NCBI GenBank assembly: GCA_043228905.1
Contig: JBHGNT010000024.1
Coordinates: 372,001-436,000 of the forward strand
Source of the DNA: Azolla caroliniana
Taxonomy: Eukaryota > Plantae > Polypodiophyta
Direction: 5' to 3'
DNA: 64,000 nucleotides
Shown here piece by piece: positions 52,401 to 64,000 of the stretch (positions within the stretch are counted from its first letter, which is position 1; every line of letters begins with the position of its first letter). The notes below the pieces were generated by a model. The model had not been told where the DNA came from, made no database searches, and saw nothing but the letters and a program-made list of their open reading frames with translations. The position numbers and the translations under genes are program-made.

Positions 52401-55400
52401 TGGATTTTTGTGTTCAAACATGCAAATCGAAGCTAACAACGCTAGCTATGTGATGGAATTAAAAAATCAAGATTTTGAAACTCAGGTCGAGAGACATGAT
52501 GAAAATAGCAAACTTGAGGAGGGAGTTGAGAAGAGCCCTTGAGTAAATTAAAATCTTCATACCTGGCTCGTGTGATATCGGATTTTTGTGTTCAAACATG
52601 CGAATCGAAGCTAACAACGCTACCTATGATATGGAATTAAAAAATCAAGATTTTGAAACTCAGGTCGAGAGACATGATGAAAATAGCAAACTTGAGGAGG
52701 GAGTTGAGAAGAGCCCTTGAGTAAATTAAAATGTTCATACCTGGCTCGTGTGATATCGGATTTTTCTGTTCAAACATGCGAATCGAAGCTAACAACGCTA
52801 GCTATGATATGGAATTAAAAAATCAAGATTTTGAAACTCAGGTCGAGAGACATGACGAAAATAGCAAACTTGAGGAGGGAGTTGAGAGGAGCCCTTGAGT
52901 AAATTACAATGTTCATACCTGGCTCGTGTGATATGGATTTTTGTGTTCAAACATGCAAATCGAAGCTAACAACGCTACCTATGATATGGAATTAAAAAAT
53001 CAAGATTTTGAAACTCAGGTCGAGAGACATGATGAAAATAGCAAACTTGAGGAGGGAGTTGAGAAGAGCCCTTGAGTAAATTAAAATGTTCATACCTGGC
53101 TCGTGTGATATCGGATTTTTGTGTTCAAACATGCAAATCGAAGCTAACAACGCTACCTATGATATGGAATTAAAAAATCAAGATTTTGAAACTCAGGTCG
53201 AGAGACATGATGAAAATAGCAAACTTGAGGAGGGAGTTGAGAAGAGCCCTTGAGTAAATTAAAATGTTCATACCTGGTTCGTGTGATATCGGATTTTTGT
53301 GTTCAAACATGCGAATCGAAGCTAACAACGCTAGCTATGATATGGAATTAAAAAATCAAGATTTTGAAACTCAGGTCGAGAGACATGATGAAAATAGCAA
53401 ACTTGAGGAGGGAGTTGAGAAGAGCCCTTGAGTAAATTAAAATGTTCATACCTGGCTCGTGTGATATCGGATTTTTGTGTTCAAACATGCGAATCGAAGC
53501 TAACAACGCTACCTATGATATGGAATTAAAAAATCAAGATTTTTAAACTCAGGTCGAGAGACATGACGAAAATAGCAAACTTGAGGAGGGAGTTGAGAGG
53601 AGCCCTTGAGTAAATTAAAATGTTCATACCTAGCTCCTGTGATATCGGATTTTTGTGTTCAAACATGCGAATCGAAGCTAACAACGCTACCTATGATATG
53701 GAATTAAAAAATCAAGATTTTGAAACTCAGCTCGAGAGACATGACGAAAATAGCAAACTTGAGGAAGGAGTTGAGAAGAGCTAGTAGGTCAATTAAAATG
53801 TTCATACCTGGCTCGTGTCATATCGGATTTTTGTGTTCAAACATGGGAATCGAAGCTAACAACGCTAGCTATGATATGGAATTAAAAAATCAACATTTTG
53901 AAACTCATGTCGAGAGATGTGACGAAATTACCAAATTTGAGGAGTGATTTGAGAGGAGCCCTTGAGTAAATTTAAATGTTCATATCGGGCTCGTGTGATA
54001 TCGGATTTTTGTGTTCAAACATGCGAATCGAAGCTAACAACGCTACCTATGATATGGAATTAAAAAATCAAGATTTTGAAACTCAGCTCGAGAGACATGA
54101 CGAAAATAGCAAACTCGAGGAAGGAGTTGAGAAGAGCTAGTAGGTCAATTAAAATGTTCATACCTGGCTCGTGTCATATCCGATTTTTGTGTTCAAACAT
54201 GGGAATCGAAGCTAACAACGCTAGCTATGATATGGAATTAAAAAATCAACATTTTGAAACTCATGTTGAGAGATGTGACGAAATTACCAAATTTGAGGAG
54301 TGATTTGAGAGGAGCCCTTGAGTAAATTAAAATGTTCATACCTAGCTCGTGTGATATCGGATTTTTGTGTTCAAACATGCGAATCGAAGCTAACAATGCT
54401 ACCTATGATATGGAATTAAAAAATCAAGATTTTGAAACTCAGGTCGAGAGACATGATGAAAATAGCAAACTTGAGGAGGGAGTTGAGAAGAGCCCTTGAG
54501 TAAATTAAAATGTTCATACCTGGCTCGTGTGATATCGGATTTTTGTGTTCAAACATGCGAATCGAAGCTAACAACGCTACCTATGATATGGAATTAAAAA
54601 ATCAAGATTTTTAAACTCAGGTCGAGAGACATGACGAAAATAGCAAACTTGAGGAGGGAGTTGAGAGGAGCCCTTGAGTAAATTAAAATGTTCATACCTA
54701 GCTCCTGTGATATCGGATTTTTGTGTTCAAACATGCGAATCGAAGCTAACAACGCTACCTATGATATGGAATTAAAAAATCAAGATTTTGAAACTCAGGT
54801 CGAGAGACATGACGAAAATAGCAAACTTGAGGAAGGAGTTGAGAGGACCCCTTGAGTAAATTAAAATGTTCATACCTGGCTCGTGTGATATCGGATTTTT
54901 GTGTTCAAACATGCGAATCGAAGCTAACAACGCTAGCTATGATATGGAATTAAAAAATCAAGAATTTGAAACTCAGGTCGAGAGACATGACGAAATTACC
55001 AAATTTGAGGAGTGATTTGAGAGGAGCCCTTGAGTAAATTAAAATGTTCATATCGGGCTCGTGTGATATCGGATTTTTGTGTTCAAACATGCAAATCGAA
55101 GCTAACAACGCTACCTATGATATGGAATTAAAAAATCAAGATTTTGAAACTCAGGTCGAGAGACATGATGAAAATAGCAAACTTGAGGAGGGAGTTGAGA
55201 AGAGCCCTTGAGTAAATTAAAATGTTCATACCTGGCTCGTGTGATATCGGATTTTTGTGTTCAAACATGCGAATCAAAGCTAACAACGCTAGCTATGATA
55301 TGGAATTAAAAAATCAAGATTTTGAAACTCAGGTCGAGAGACATGACAAGAATAGCAAACTTGAGGAGGGAGTTGAGAGGAGCCCTTGAGTAATTTAAAA

Positions 55401-57300
55401 TGTTCATACCTGCCTCGTGTGATATCGGATTTTTGTGTCCAAACATGCAAATCAAAGCTATCAACGCTAGCTATGATATGGACTTAAAAAATCAAGATTT
55501 TGAAACTCAAGTCGAGAGACATGACGAAATTACCAAATTTGAGGAGTGAGTTGAGAAGAGGTAGTAGGTAAATTAAAATGTTCATACCTGGCTCGTGTGA
55601 TATCGGATTTTTGTGTTCAAACATGCGAATTGAAGCTAACAACGCTACCTATGATATGGAATTAAAGAATCAAGATTTTGAAACTCAGGTCGAGAGACAT
55701 GACGAAAATAACAAACTTGAGGAGTGATTTGAGAGGAGCCCTTGAGTAAATTAAAATGTTCATACCTGGCTCGTGTGATATCGGATTTTTGTGTTCAAAC
55801 ATGCGAATCGAAGCTAACAACGCTACCTATGATATGGAATTAAAAAATCAAGATTTTGAAACTCAGCTCGAGAGACATGACGAAAATAGCAAACTCGAGG
55901 AAGGAGTTGAGAAGAGCTAGTAGGTCAATTAAAATGTTCATACCTGGCTCGTGTCATATCCGATTTTTGTGTTCAAACATGGGAATCGAAGCTAACAACG
56001 CTAGCTATGATATGGAATTAAAAAATCAACATTTTGAAACTCATGTTGAGAGATGTGACGAAATTACCAAATTTGAGGAGTGATTTGAGAGGAGCCCTTG
56101 AGTAAATTAAAATGTTCATACCTAGCTCGTGTGATATCGGATTTTTGTGTTCAAACATGCGAATCGAAGCTAACAATGCTACCTATGATATGGAATTAAA
56201 AAATCAAGATTTTGAAACTCAGGTCGAGAGACATGATGAAAATAGCAAACTTGAGGAGGGAGTTGAGAAGAGCCCTTGAGTAAATTAAAATGTTCATACC
56301 TGGCTCGTGTGATATGGATTTTTGTGTTCAAACATGCAAATCGAAGCTAACAACGCTAGCTATGAGATGGAATTAAAAAATCAAGATTTTGAAACTCAGG
56401 TCGAGAGACATGATGAAAATAGCAAACTTGAGGAGGGAGTTGAGAAGAGCCCTTGAGTAAATTAAAATCTTCATACCTGGCTCGTGTGATATCGGATTTT
56501 TGTGTTCAAACATGCGAATCGAAGCTAACAACGCTACCTATGATATGGAATTAAAAAATCAAGATTTTGAAACTCAGGTCGAGAGACATGATGAAAATAG
56601 CAAACTTGAGGAGGGAGTTGAGAAGAGCCCTTGAGTAAATTAAAATGTTCATACCTGGCTCGTGTGATATCGGATTTTTCTGTTCAAACATGCGAATCGA
56701 AGCTAACAACGCTAGCTATGATATGGAATTAAAAAATCAAGATTTTGAAACTCAGGTCGAGAGACATGACGAAAATAGCAAACTTGAGGAGGGAGTTGAG
56801 AGGAGCCCTTGAGTAAATTACAATGTTCATACCTGCCTCGTGTGATATGGATTTTTGTGTTCAAACATGCAAATCGAAGCTAACAACGCTACCTATGATA
56901 TGGAATTAAAAAATCAAGATTTTGAAACTCAGGTCGAGAGACATGATGAAAATAGCAAACTTGAGGAGGGAGTTGAGAAGAGCCCTTGAGTAAATTAAAA
57001 TGTTCATACCTGGCTCGTGTGATATCGGATTTTTGTGTTCAAACATGCAAATCGAAGCTAACAACGCTACCTATGATATGGAATTAAAAAATCAAGATTT
57101 TGAAACTCAGGTCGAGAGACATGATGAAAATAGCAAACTTGAGGAGGGAGTTGAGAAGAGCCCTTGAGTAAATTAAAATGTTCATACCTGGTTCGTGTGA
57201 TATCGGATTTTTGTGTTCAAACATGCGAATCGAAGCTAACAACGCTAGCTATGATATGGAATTAAAAAATCAAGATTTTGAAACTCAGGTCGAGAGACAT
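49430..57300 (+). repeat. Tandem 22-mer duplication (3914 bp)
   Basis: Offsets 49806/53720, 50162/54076, 51942/55856 and 52377/56291 are all 3914 = 20x178+2x177. Shared private variants include GCTATCAAC, TTTTTCTGTT and CCTGGTTCG. Confidence 0.92.
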
Positions 57301-60300
57301 GACGAAAATAGCAAACTTGAGGAGGGAGTTGAGAGGAGCCCTTGAGTAAATTAAAATGTTCATACCTGGCTCGTGTGATATGGATTTTTGTGTTCAAACA
57401 TGCAAATCGAAGCTAACAACGCTAGCTATGAGATGGAATTAAAAAATCAAGATTTTGAAACTCAGGTCGAGAGACATGATGAAAATAGCAAACTTGAGGA
57501 GGGAGTTGAGAAGAGCCCTTGAGTAAATTAAAATCTTCATACCTGGCTCGTGTGATATCGGATTTTTGTGTTCAAACATGCGAATCGAAGCTAACAACGC
57601 TACCTATGATATGGAATTAAAAAATCAAGATTTTGAAACTCAGGTCGAGAGACATGATGAAAATAGCAAACTTGAGGAGGGAGTTGAGAAGAGCCCTTGA
57701 GTAAATTAAAATGTTCATACCTGGCTCGTGTGATATCGGATTTTTGTGTTCAAACATGCGAATCGAAGCTAACAACGCTAGCTATGATATGGAATTAAAA
57801 AATCAAGATTTTGAAACTCAGGTCGAGAGACATGACGAAAATAGCAAACTTGAGGAGGGAGTTGAGAGGAGCCCTTGAGTAAATTACAATGTTCATACCT
57901 GGCTCGTGTGATATGGATTTTTGTGTTCAAACATGCAAATCGAAGCTAACAACGCTAGCTATGAGATGGAATTAAAAAATCAAGATTTTGAAACTCAGGT
58001 CGAGAGACATGATGAAAATAGCAAACTTGAGGAGGGAGTTGAGAAGAGCCCTTGAGTAAATTAAAATGTTCATACCTGGCTCGTGTGATATCGGATTTTT
58101 GTGTTCAAACATGCGAATCGAAGCTAACAACGCTACCTATGATATGGAATTAAAAAATCAAGATTTTGAAACTCAGGTCGAGAGACATGACGGAATTACC
58201 AAATTTGAGGAGTGATTTGAGAGGACCCCTTGAGTAAATTAAAATGTTCATATCGGGCTCGTGTGATATCGGATTTTTGTGTTCAAACATGCAAATCGAA
58301 GCTAACAACGCTAGCTATGATATGGAATTAAAAAATCAAGATTTTGAAACTCAGGTCGAGAGACATGACGAAAATAGCAAACTTGAGGAGGGAGTTGAGA
58401 GGAGCCCTTGAGTAAATTAAAATGTTCATACCTGGCTCGTGTGATATGGATTTGTGTGTTCAAACATGCAAATCGAAACTAACAACGCTAGCTATGAGAT
58501 GGAATTAAAAAATCAAGATTTTGAAACTCAGGTCGAGAGACATGATGAAAATAGCAAACTTGAGGAGGGAGTTGAGAAGAGCCCTTGAGTAAATTAAAAT
58601 GTTCATACCTGGCTCGTGTGATATCGGATTTTTATGTTCAAACATGCGAATCGAAGCTAACAACGCTACCTATGATATGGAATTAAAAAATCAAGATTTT
58701 GAAACTCAGGTCGAGAGACATGACGAAATTACCAAATTTGAGGAGTGATTTGAGAGGAGCCCTTGAGTAAATTAAAATGTTCATATCGGGCTCGTGTGAT
58801 ATCGGATTTTTGTGTTCAAACATGCAAATCGAAGCTAACAACGCTACCTATGATATGGAATTAAAAAATCAAGATTTTGAAACTCAGGTCGAGAGACATG
58901 ATGAAAACAGCAAACTTGAGGAGGGAGTTGAGAAGAGCCCTTGCGTAAATTAAAATGTTCATACCTGGCTCGTGTGATATCGGATTTTTGTGTTCAAACA
59001 TGCGAATCGAAGCTAACAACGCTAGCTATGATATGAAATTAAAAAATCAAGATTTTGAAACTCAGGTCGAGAGACATGACGAAAATAACAAACTTGAGGA
59101 GTGATTTGAGAGGAGCCCTTGAGTAAATTAAAATGTTCATACCTGGCTCGTGTGATATCGGATTTTTGTGTTCAAACATGCGAATCGAAGCTAACAACGC
59201 TACCTATGATATGGAATTAAAAAATCAAGATTTTGAAACTCAGCTCGAGAGACATGACGAAAATAGCAAACTCGAGGAAGGAGTTGAGAAGAGCTAGTAG
59301 GTCAATTAAAATGTTCATACCTGGCTCGTGTCATATCCGATTTTTGTGTTCAAACATGGGAATCGAAGCTAACAACGCTAGCTATGATATGGAATTAAAA
59401 AATCAACATTTTGAAACTCATGTTGAGAGATGTGACGAAATTACCAAATTTGAGGAGTGATTTGAGAGGAGCCCTTGAGTAAATTAAAATGTTCATACCT
59501 AGCTCGTGTGATATCGGATTTTTGTGTTCAAACATGCGAATCGAAGCTAACAACGCTACCTATGATATGGAATTAAAAAATCAAGATTTTGAAACTCAGG
59601 TCGAGAGACATGACGAAATTACCAAATTTGAGGAGTGATTTGAGAGGAGCCCTTGAGTAAATTAAAATGTTCATATCGGGCTCGTGTGATATCGGATTTT
59701 TGTGTTCAAACATGCAAATCGAAGCTAACAACGCTACCTATGATATGGAATTAAAAAATCAAGATTTTGAAACTCAGGTCGAGAGACATGATGAAAACAG
59801 CAAACTTGAGGAGGGAGTTGAGAAGAGCCCTTGCGTAAATTAAAATGTTCATACCTGGCTCGTGTGATATCGGATTTTTGTGTTCAAACATGCGAATTGA
59901 AGCTAACAACGCTACCTATGATATGGAATTAAAGAATCAAGATTTTGAAACTCAGGTCGAGAGACATGACGAAAATAACAAACTTGAGGAGTGATTTGAG
60001 AGGAGCCCTTGAGTAAATTAAAATGTTCATACCTGGCTCGTGTGATATCGGATTTTTGTGTTCAAACATGCGAATCGAAGCTAACAACGCTACCTATGAT
60101 ATGGAATTAAAAAATCAAGATTTTGAAACTCAGCTCGAGAGACATGACGAAAATAGCAAACTCGAGGAAGGAGTTGAGAAGAGCTAGTAGGTCAATTAAA
60201 ATGTTCATACCTGGCTCGTGTCATATCCGATTTTTGTGTTCAAACATGGGAATCGAAGCTAACAACGCTAGCTATGATATGGAATTAAAAAATCAACATT

Positions 60301-63300
60301 TTGAAACTCATGTTGAGAGATGTGACGAAATTACCAAATTTGAGGAGTGATTTGAGAGGAGCCCTTGAGTAAATTAAAATGTTCATACCTAGCTCGTGTG
60401 ATATCGGATTTTTGTGTTCAAACATGCGAATCGAAGCTAACAATGCTACCTATGATATGGAATTAAAAAATCAAGATTTTGAAACTCAGGTCGAGAGACA
60501 TGATGAAAATAGCAAACTTGAGGAGGGAGTTGAGAAGAGCCCTTGAGTAAATTAAAATGTTCATACCTGGCTCGTGTGATATGGATTTTTGTGTTCAAAC
60601 ATGCAAATCGAAGCTAACAACGCTAGCTATGAGATGGAATTAAAAAATCAAGATTTTGAAACTCAGGTCGAGAGACATGATGAAAATAGCAAACTTGAGG
60701 AGGGAGTTGAGAAGAGCCCTTGAGTAAATTAAAATCTTCATACCTGGCTCGTGTGATATCGGATTTTTGTGTTCAAACATGCGAATCGAAGCTAACAACG
60801 CTACCTATGATATGGAATTAAAAAATCAAGATTTTGAAACTCAGGTCGAGAGACATGATGAAAATAGCAAACTTGAGGAGGGAGTTGAGAAGAGCCCTTG
60901 AGTAAATTAAAATGTTCATACCTGGCTCGTGTGATATCGGATTTTTCTGTTCAAACATGCGAATCGAAGCTAACAACGCTAGCTATGATATGGAATTAAA
61001 AAATCAAGATTTTGAAACTCAGGTCGAGAGACATGACGAAAATAGCAAACTTGAGGAGGGAGTTGAGAGGAGCCCTTGAGTAAATTACAATGTTCATACC
61101 TGGCTCGTGTGATATGGATTTTTGTGTTCAAACATGCAAATCGAAGCTAACAACGCTACCTATGATATGGAATTAAAAAATCAAGATTTTGAAACTCAGG
61201 TCGAGAGACATGATGAAAATAGCAAACTTGAGGAGGGAGTTGAGAAGAGCCCTTGAGTAAATTAAAATGTTCATACCTGGCTCGTGTGATATCGGATTTT
61301 TGTGTTCAAACATGCAAATCGAAGCTAACAACGCTACCTATGATATGGAATTAAAAAATCAAGATTTTGAAACTCAGGTCGAGAGACATGATGAAAATAG
61401 CAAACTTGAGGAGGGAGTTGAGAAGAGCCCTTGAGTAAATTAAAATGTTCATACCTGGTTCGTGTGATATCGGATTTTTGTGTTCAAACATGCGAATCGA
61501 AGCTAACAACGCTAGCTATGATATGGAATTAAAAAATCAAGATTTTGAAACTCAGGTCGAGAGACATGACGAAAATAGCAAACTTGAGGAGGGAGTTGAG
61601 AGGAGCCCTTGAGTAAATTAAAATGTTCATACCTGGCTCGTGTGATATGGATTTTTGTGTTCAAACATGCAAATCGAAGCTAACAACGCTAGCTATGAGA
61701 TGGAATTAAAAAATCAAGATTTTGAAACTCAGGTCGAGAGACATGATGAAAATAGCAAACTTGAGGAGGGAGTTGAGAAGAGCCCTTGAGTAAATTAAAA
61801 TCTTCATACCTGGCTCGTGTGATATCGGATTTTTGTGTTCAAACATGCGAATCGAAGCTAACAACGCTACCTATGATATGGAATTAAAAAATCAAGATTT
61901 TGAAACTCAGGTCGAGAGACATGATGAAAATAGCAAACTTGAGGAGGGAGTTGAGAAGAGCCCTTGAGTAAATTAAAATGTTCATACCTGGCTCGTGTGA
62001 TATCGGATTTTTGTGTTCAAACATGCGAATCGAAGCTAACAACGCTAGCTATGATATGGAATTAAAAAATCAAGATTTTGAAACTCAGGTCGAGAGACAT
62101 GACGAAAATAGCAAACTTGAGGAGGGAGTTGAGAGGAGCCCTTGAGTAAATTACAATGTTCATACCTGGCTCGTGTGATATGGATTTTTGTGTTCAAACA
62201 TGCAAATCGAAGCTAACAACGCTAGCTATGAGATGGAATTAAAAAATCAAGATTTTGAAACTCAGGTCGAGAGACATGATGAAAATAGCAAACTTGAGGA
62301 GGGAGTTGAGAAGAGCCCTTGAGTAAATTAAAATGTTCATACCTGGCTCGTGTGATATCGGATTTTTGTGTTCAAACATGCGAATCGAAGCTAACAACGC
62401 TACCTATGATATGGAATTAAAAAATCAAGATTTTGAAACTCAGGTCGAGAGACATGACGGAATTACCAAATTTGAGGAGTGATTTGAGAGGACCCCTTGA
62501 GTAAATTAAAATGTTCATATCGGGCTCGTGTGATATCGGATTTTTGTGTTCAAACATGCAAATCGAAGCTAACAACGCTAGCTATGATATGGAATTAAAA
62601 AATCAAGATTTTGAAACTCAGGTCGAGAGACATGACGAAAATAGCAAACTTGAGGAGGGAGTTGAGAGGAGCCCTTGAGTAAATTAAAATGTTCATACCT
62701 GGCTCGTGTGATATGGATTTGTGTGTTCAAACATGCAAATCGAAACTAACAACGCTAGCTATGAGATGGAATTAAAAAATCAAGATTTTGAAACTCAGGT
62801 CGAGAGACATGATGAAAATAGCAAACTTGAGGAGGGAGTTGAGAAGAGCCCTTGAGTAAATTAAAATGTTCATACCTGGCTCGTGTGATATCGGATTTTT
62901 ATGTTCAAACATGCGAATCGAAGCTAACAACGCTACCTATGATATGGAATTAAAAAATCAAGATTTTGAAACTCAGGTCGAGAGACATGACGAAATTACC
63001 AAATTTGAGGAGTGATTTGAGAGGAGCCCTTGAGTAAATTAAAATGTTCATATCGGGCTCGTGTGATATCGGATTTTTGTGTTCAAACATGCAAATCGAA
63101 GCTAACAACGCTACCTATGATATGGAATTAAAAAATCAAGATTTTGAAACTCAGGTCGAGAGACATGATGAAAACAGCAAACTTGAGGAGGGAGTTGAGA
63201 AGAGCCCTTGCGTAAATTAAAATGTTCATACCTGGCTCGTGTGATATCGGATTTTTGTGTTCAAACATGCGAATCGAAGCTAACAACGCTAGCTATGATA

Positions 63301-63350
63301 TGAAATTAAAAAATCAAGATTTTGAAACTCAGGTCGAGAGACATGACGAA
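55579..63350 (+). repeat. Duplication at 24-monomer offset (4267 bp)
   Basis: Offsets 55579/59846, 56291/60558 and 58423/62690 are all 4267 = 19x178+5x177. Shared private variants include GACGGAATT, GATTTGTGTG, TCGAAACTA and TTTTTATGTT. Confidence 0.92.
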
Positions 63351-64000
63351 AATAGCAAACTTGAGGAGGGAGTTGAGAGGAGCCCTTGAGTAAATTAAAA
63401 TGTTCATACCTGGCTCGTGTGATATGGATTTTTGTGTTCAAACATGCAAATCGAAGCTAACAACGCTAGCTATGAGATGAAATTAAAAAATCAAGATTTT
63501 GAAACTCAGGTCGAGAGACATGATGAAAATAGCAAACTTGAGGAGGGAGTTGAGAAGAGCCCTTGAGTAAATTAAAATGTTCATACCTGGCTCGTGTGAT
63601 ATCGGATTTTTGTGTTCAAACATGCGAATCGAAGCTAACAACGCTACCTATGATATGGAATTAAAAAATCAAGATTTTGAAACTCAGGTCAGGAGACATG
63701 ACGAAAATAGCAAACTTGAGGAGGGAGTTGAGAGGAGCCCTTCAGTAAATTAAAATGTTCATACCTGGCTCGTGTGATATCGGATTTTTGTGTTCAAACA
63801 TGCGAATCGAAGCTAACAACGCTACCTATGATATGGAATTAAAAAATCAAGATTTTGAAACTCAGGTCGAGAGACATGATGAAAATAGCAAACTTGAGGA
63901 GGGAGTTGAGAAGAGCCCTTGAGTAAATTAAAATGTTCATACCTGGCTCGTGTGATATCGGATTTTTGTGTTCAAACATGCGAATCGAAGCTAACAACGC

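Larger units (their letters stand above)
1..64000 (+). repeat. Tandem satellite DNA array, 178-bp monomer, ~358 copies, single orientation, extends beyond both window ends
   Basis: TGTTCATA monomer starts fall at 1, 179, 357, 535, 713 and so on. The last start, 63934, satisfies 63933 = 358x178 + 7x32 - 15, matching all observed indels. Consensus: TGTTCATACCTGGCTCGTGTGATATCGGATTTTTGTGTTCAAACATGCGAATCGAAGCTAACAACGCTACCTATGATATGGAATTAAAAAATCAAGATTTTGAAACTCAGGTCGAGAGACATGACGAAAATAGCAAACTTGAGGAGGGAGTTGAGAGGAGCCCTTGAGTAAATTAAAA. A centromeric role is only inferred from the nucleosome-sized monomer and high homogeneity. Confidence 0.99.

Noticed and set aside
299-60350. Recurrent 60-81 aa ORFs (MKLSSRDMTK.., MFISGSCDIG.., MLASI..)
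   Set aside because: They lie wholly within satellite monomers, and 178 is not a multiple of 3. They appear only where a variant removes a stop codon, many begin at TTG, and none shows a recognisable domain.
1-64000. CRISPR-like or other repeat-spacer array
   Set aside because: There are no unique spacers. The entire unit is repeated with only point variants, and there are no cas genes.
1-64000. Identity with Arabidopsis CEN178 or primate alpha satellite, or a CENP-B box
   Set aside because: Only the length is similar. I recognise no sequence match, and there is no TTCG-N4-A-N2-CGGG motif in the consensus.
1-64000. Transposon insertion, inversion or telomeric repeat interruption
   Set aside because: Phase accounting explains every base with 358 monomers, 7 insertions of 32 bp and 15 single-base losses, leaving no room for foreign DNA. 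I saw no reverse-orientation monomers.
1-64000. Combinatorial variant pattern as an information-storing or diversity-generating system
   Set aside because: The pattern is adequately explained by block duplication and in-register recombination. No enzyme gene, target locus or other evidence of a dedicated system is present.

Overview
The whole 64 kb window is one uninterrupted, head-to-tail tandem satellite array, all on one orientation, built from a 178-bp monomer of about 39% GC (consensus-like copy at 45791-45968). Tracking the monomer phase gives 358 complete monomers plus a 67-bp partial copy. Of these, 336 are 178 bp, 7 are 210 bp (extra 32 bp) and 15 are 177 bp, assuming no hidden compensating indels. 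I see no genes, RNA genes, transposon insertions, inversions or CRISPR spacers, and the short ORFs are chance read-throughs of repeat variants. The array looks like eukaryotic (peri)centromeric or heterochromatic satellite, possibly plant, but I cannot name the family or species. The interest is in the internal architecture. There are two variant domains (left to ~37 kb, right from ~38 kb) and irregular local higher-order repeats of 3, 4, 5, 6, 7, 9, 11, 22 and 24 monomers. There is also a nested 3-mer/6-mer/22-24-mer hierarchy, a microhomology-derived 210-bp monomer, a diverged relic patch at ~34 kb and hints of an ancestral ~89-bp half-repeat. I find no support for a novel protein-coding system.
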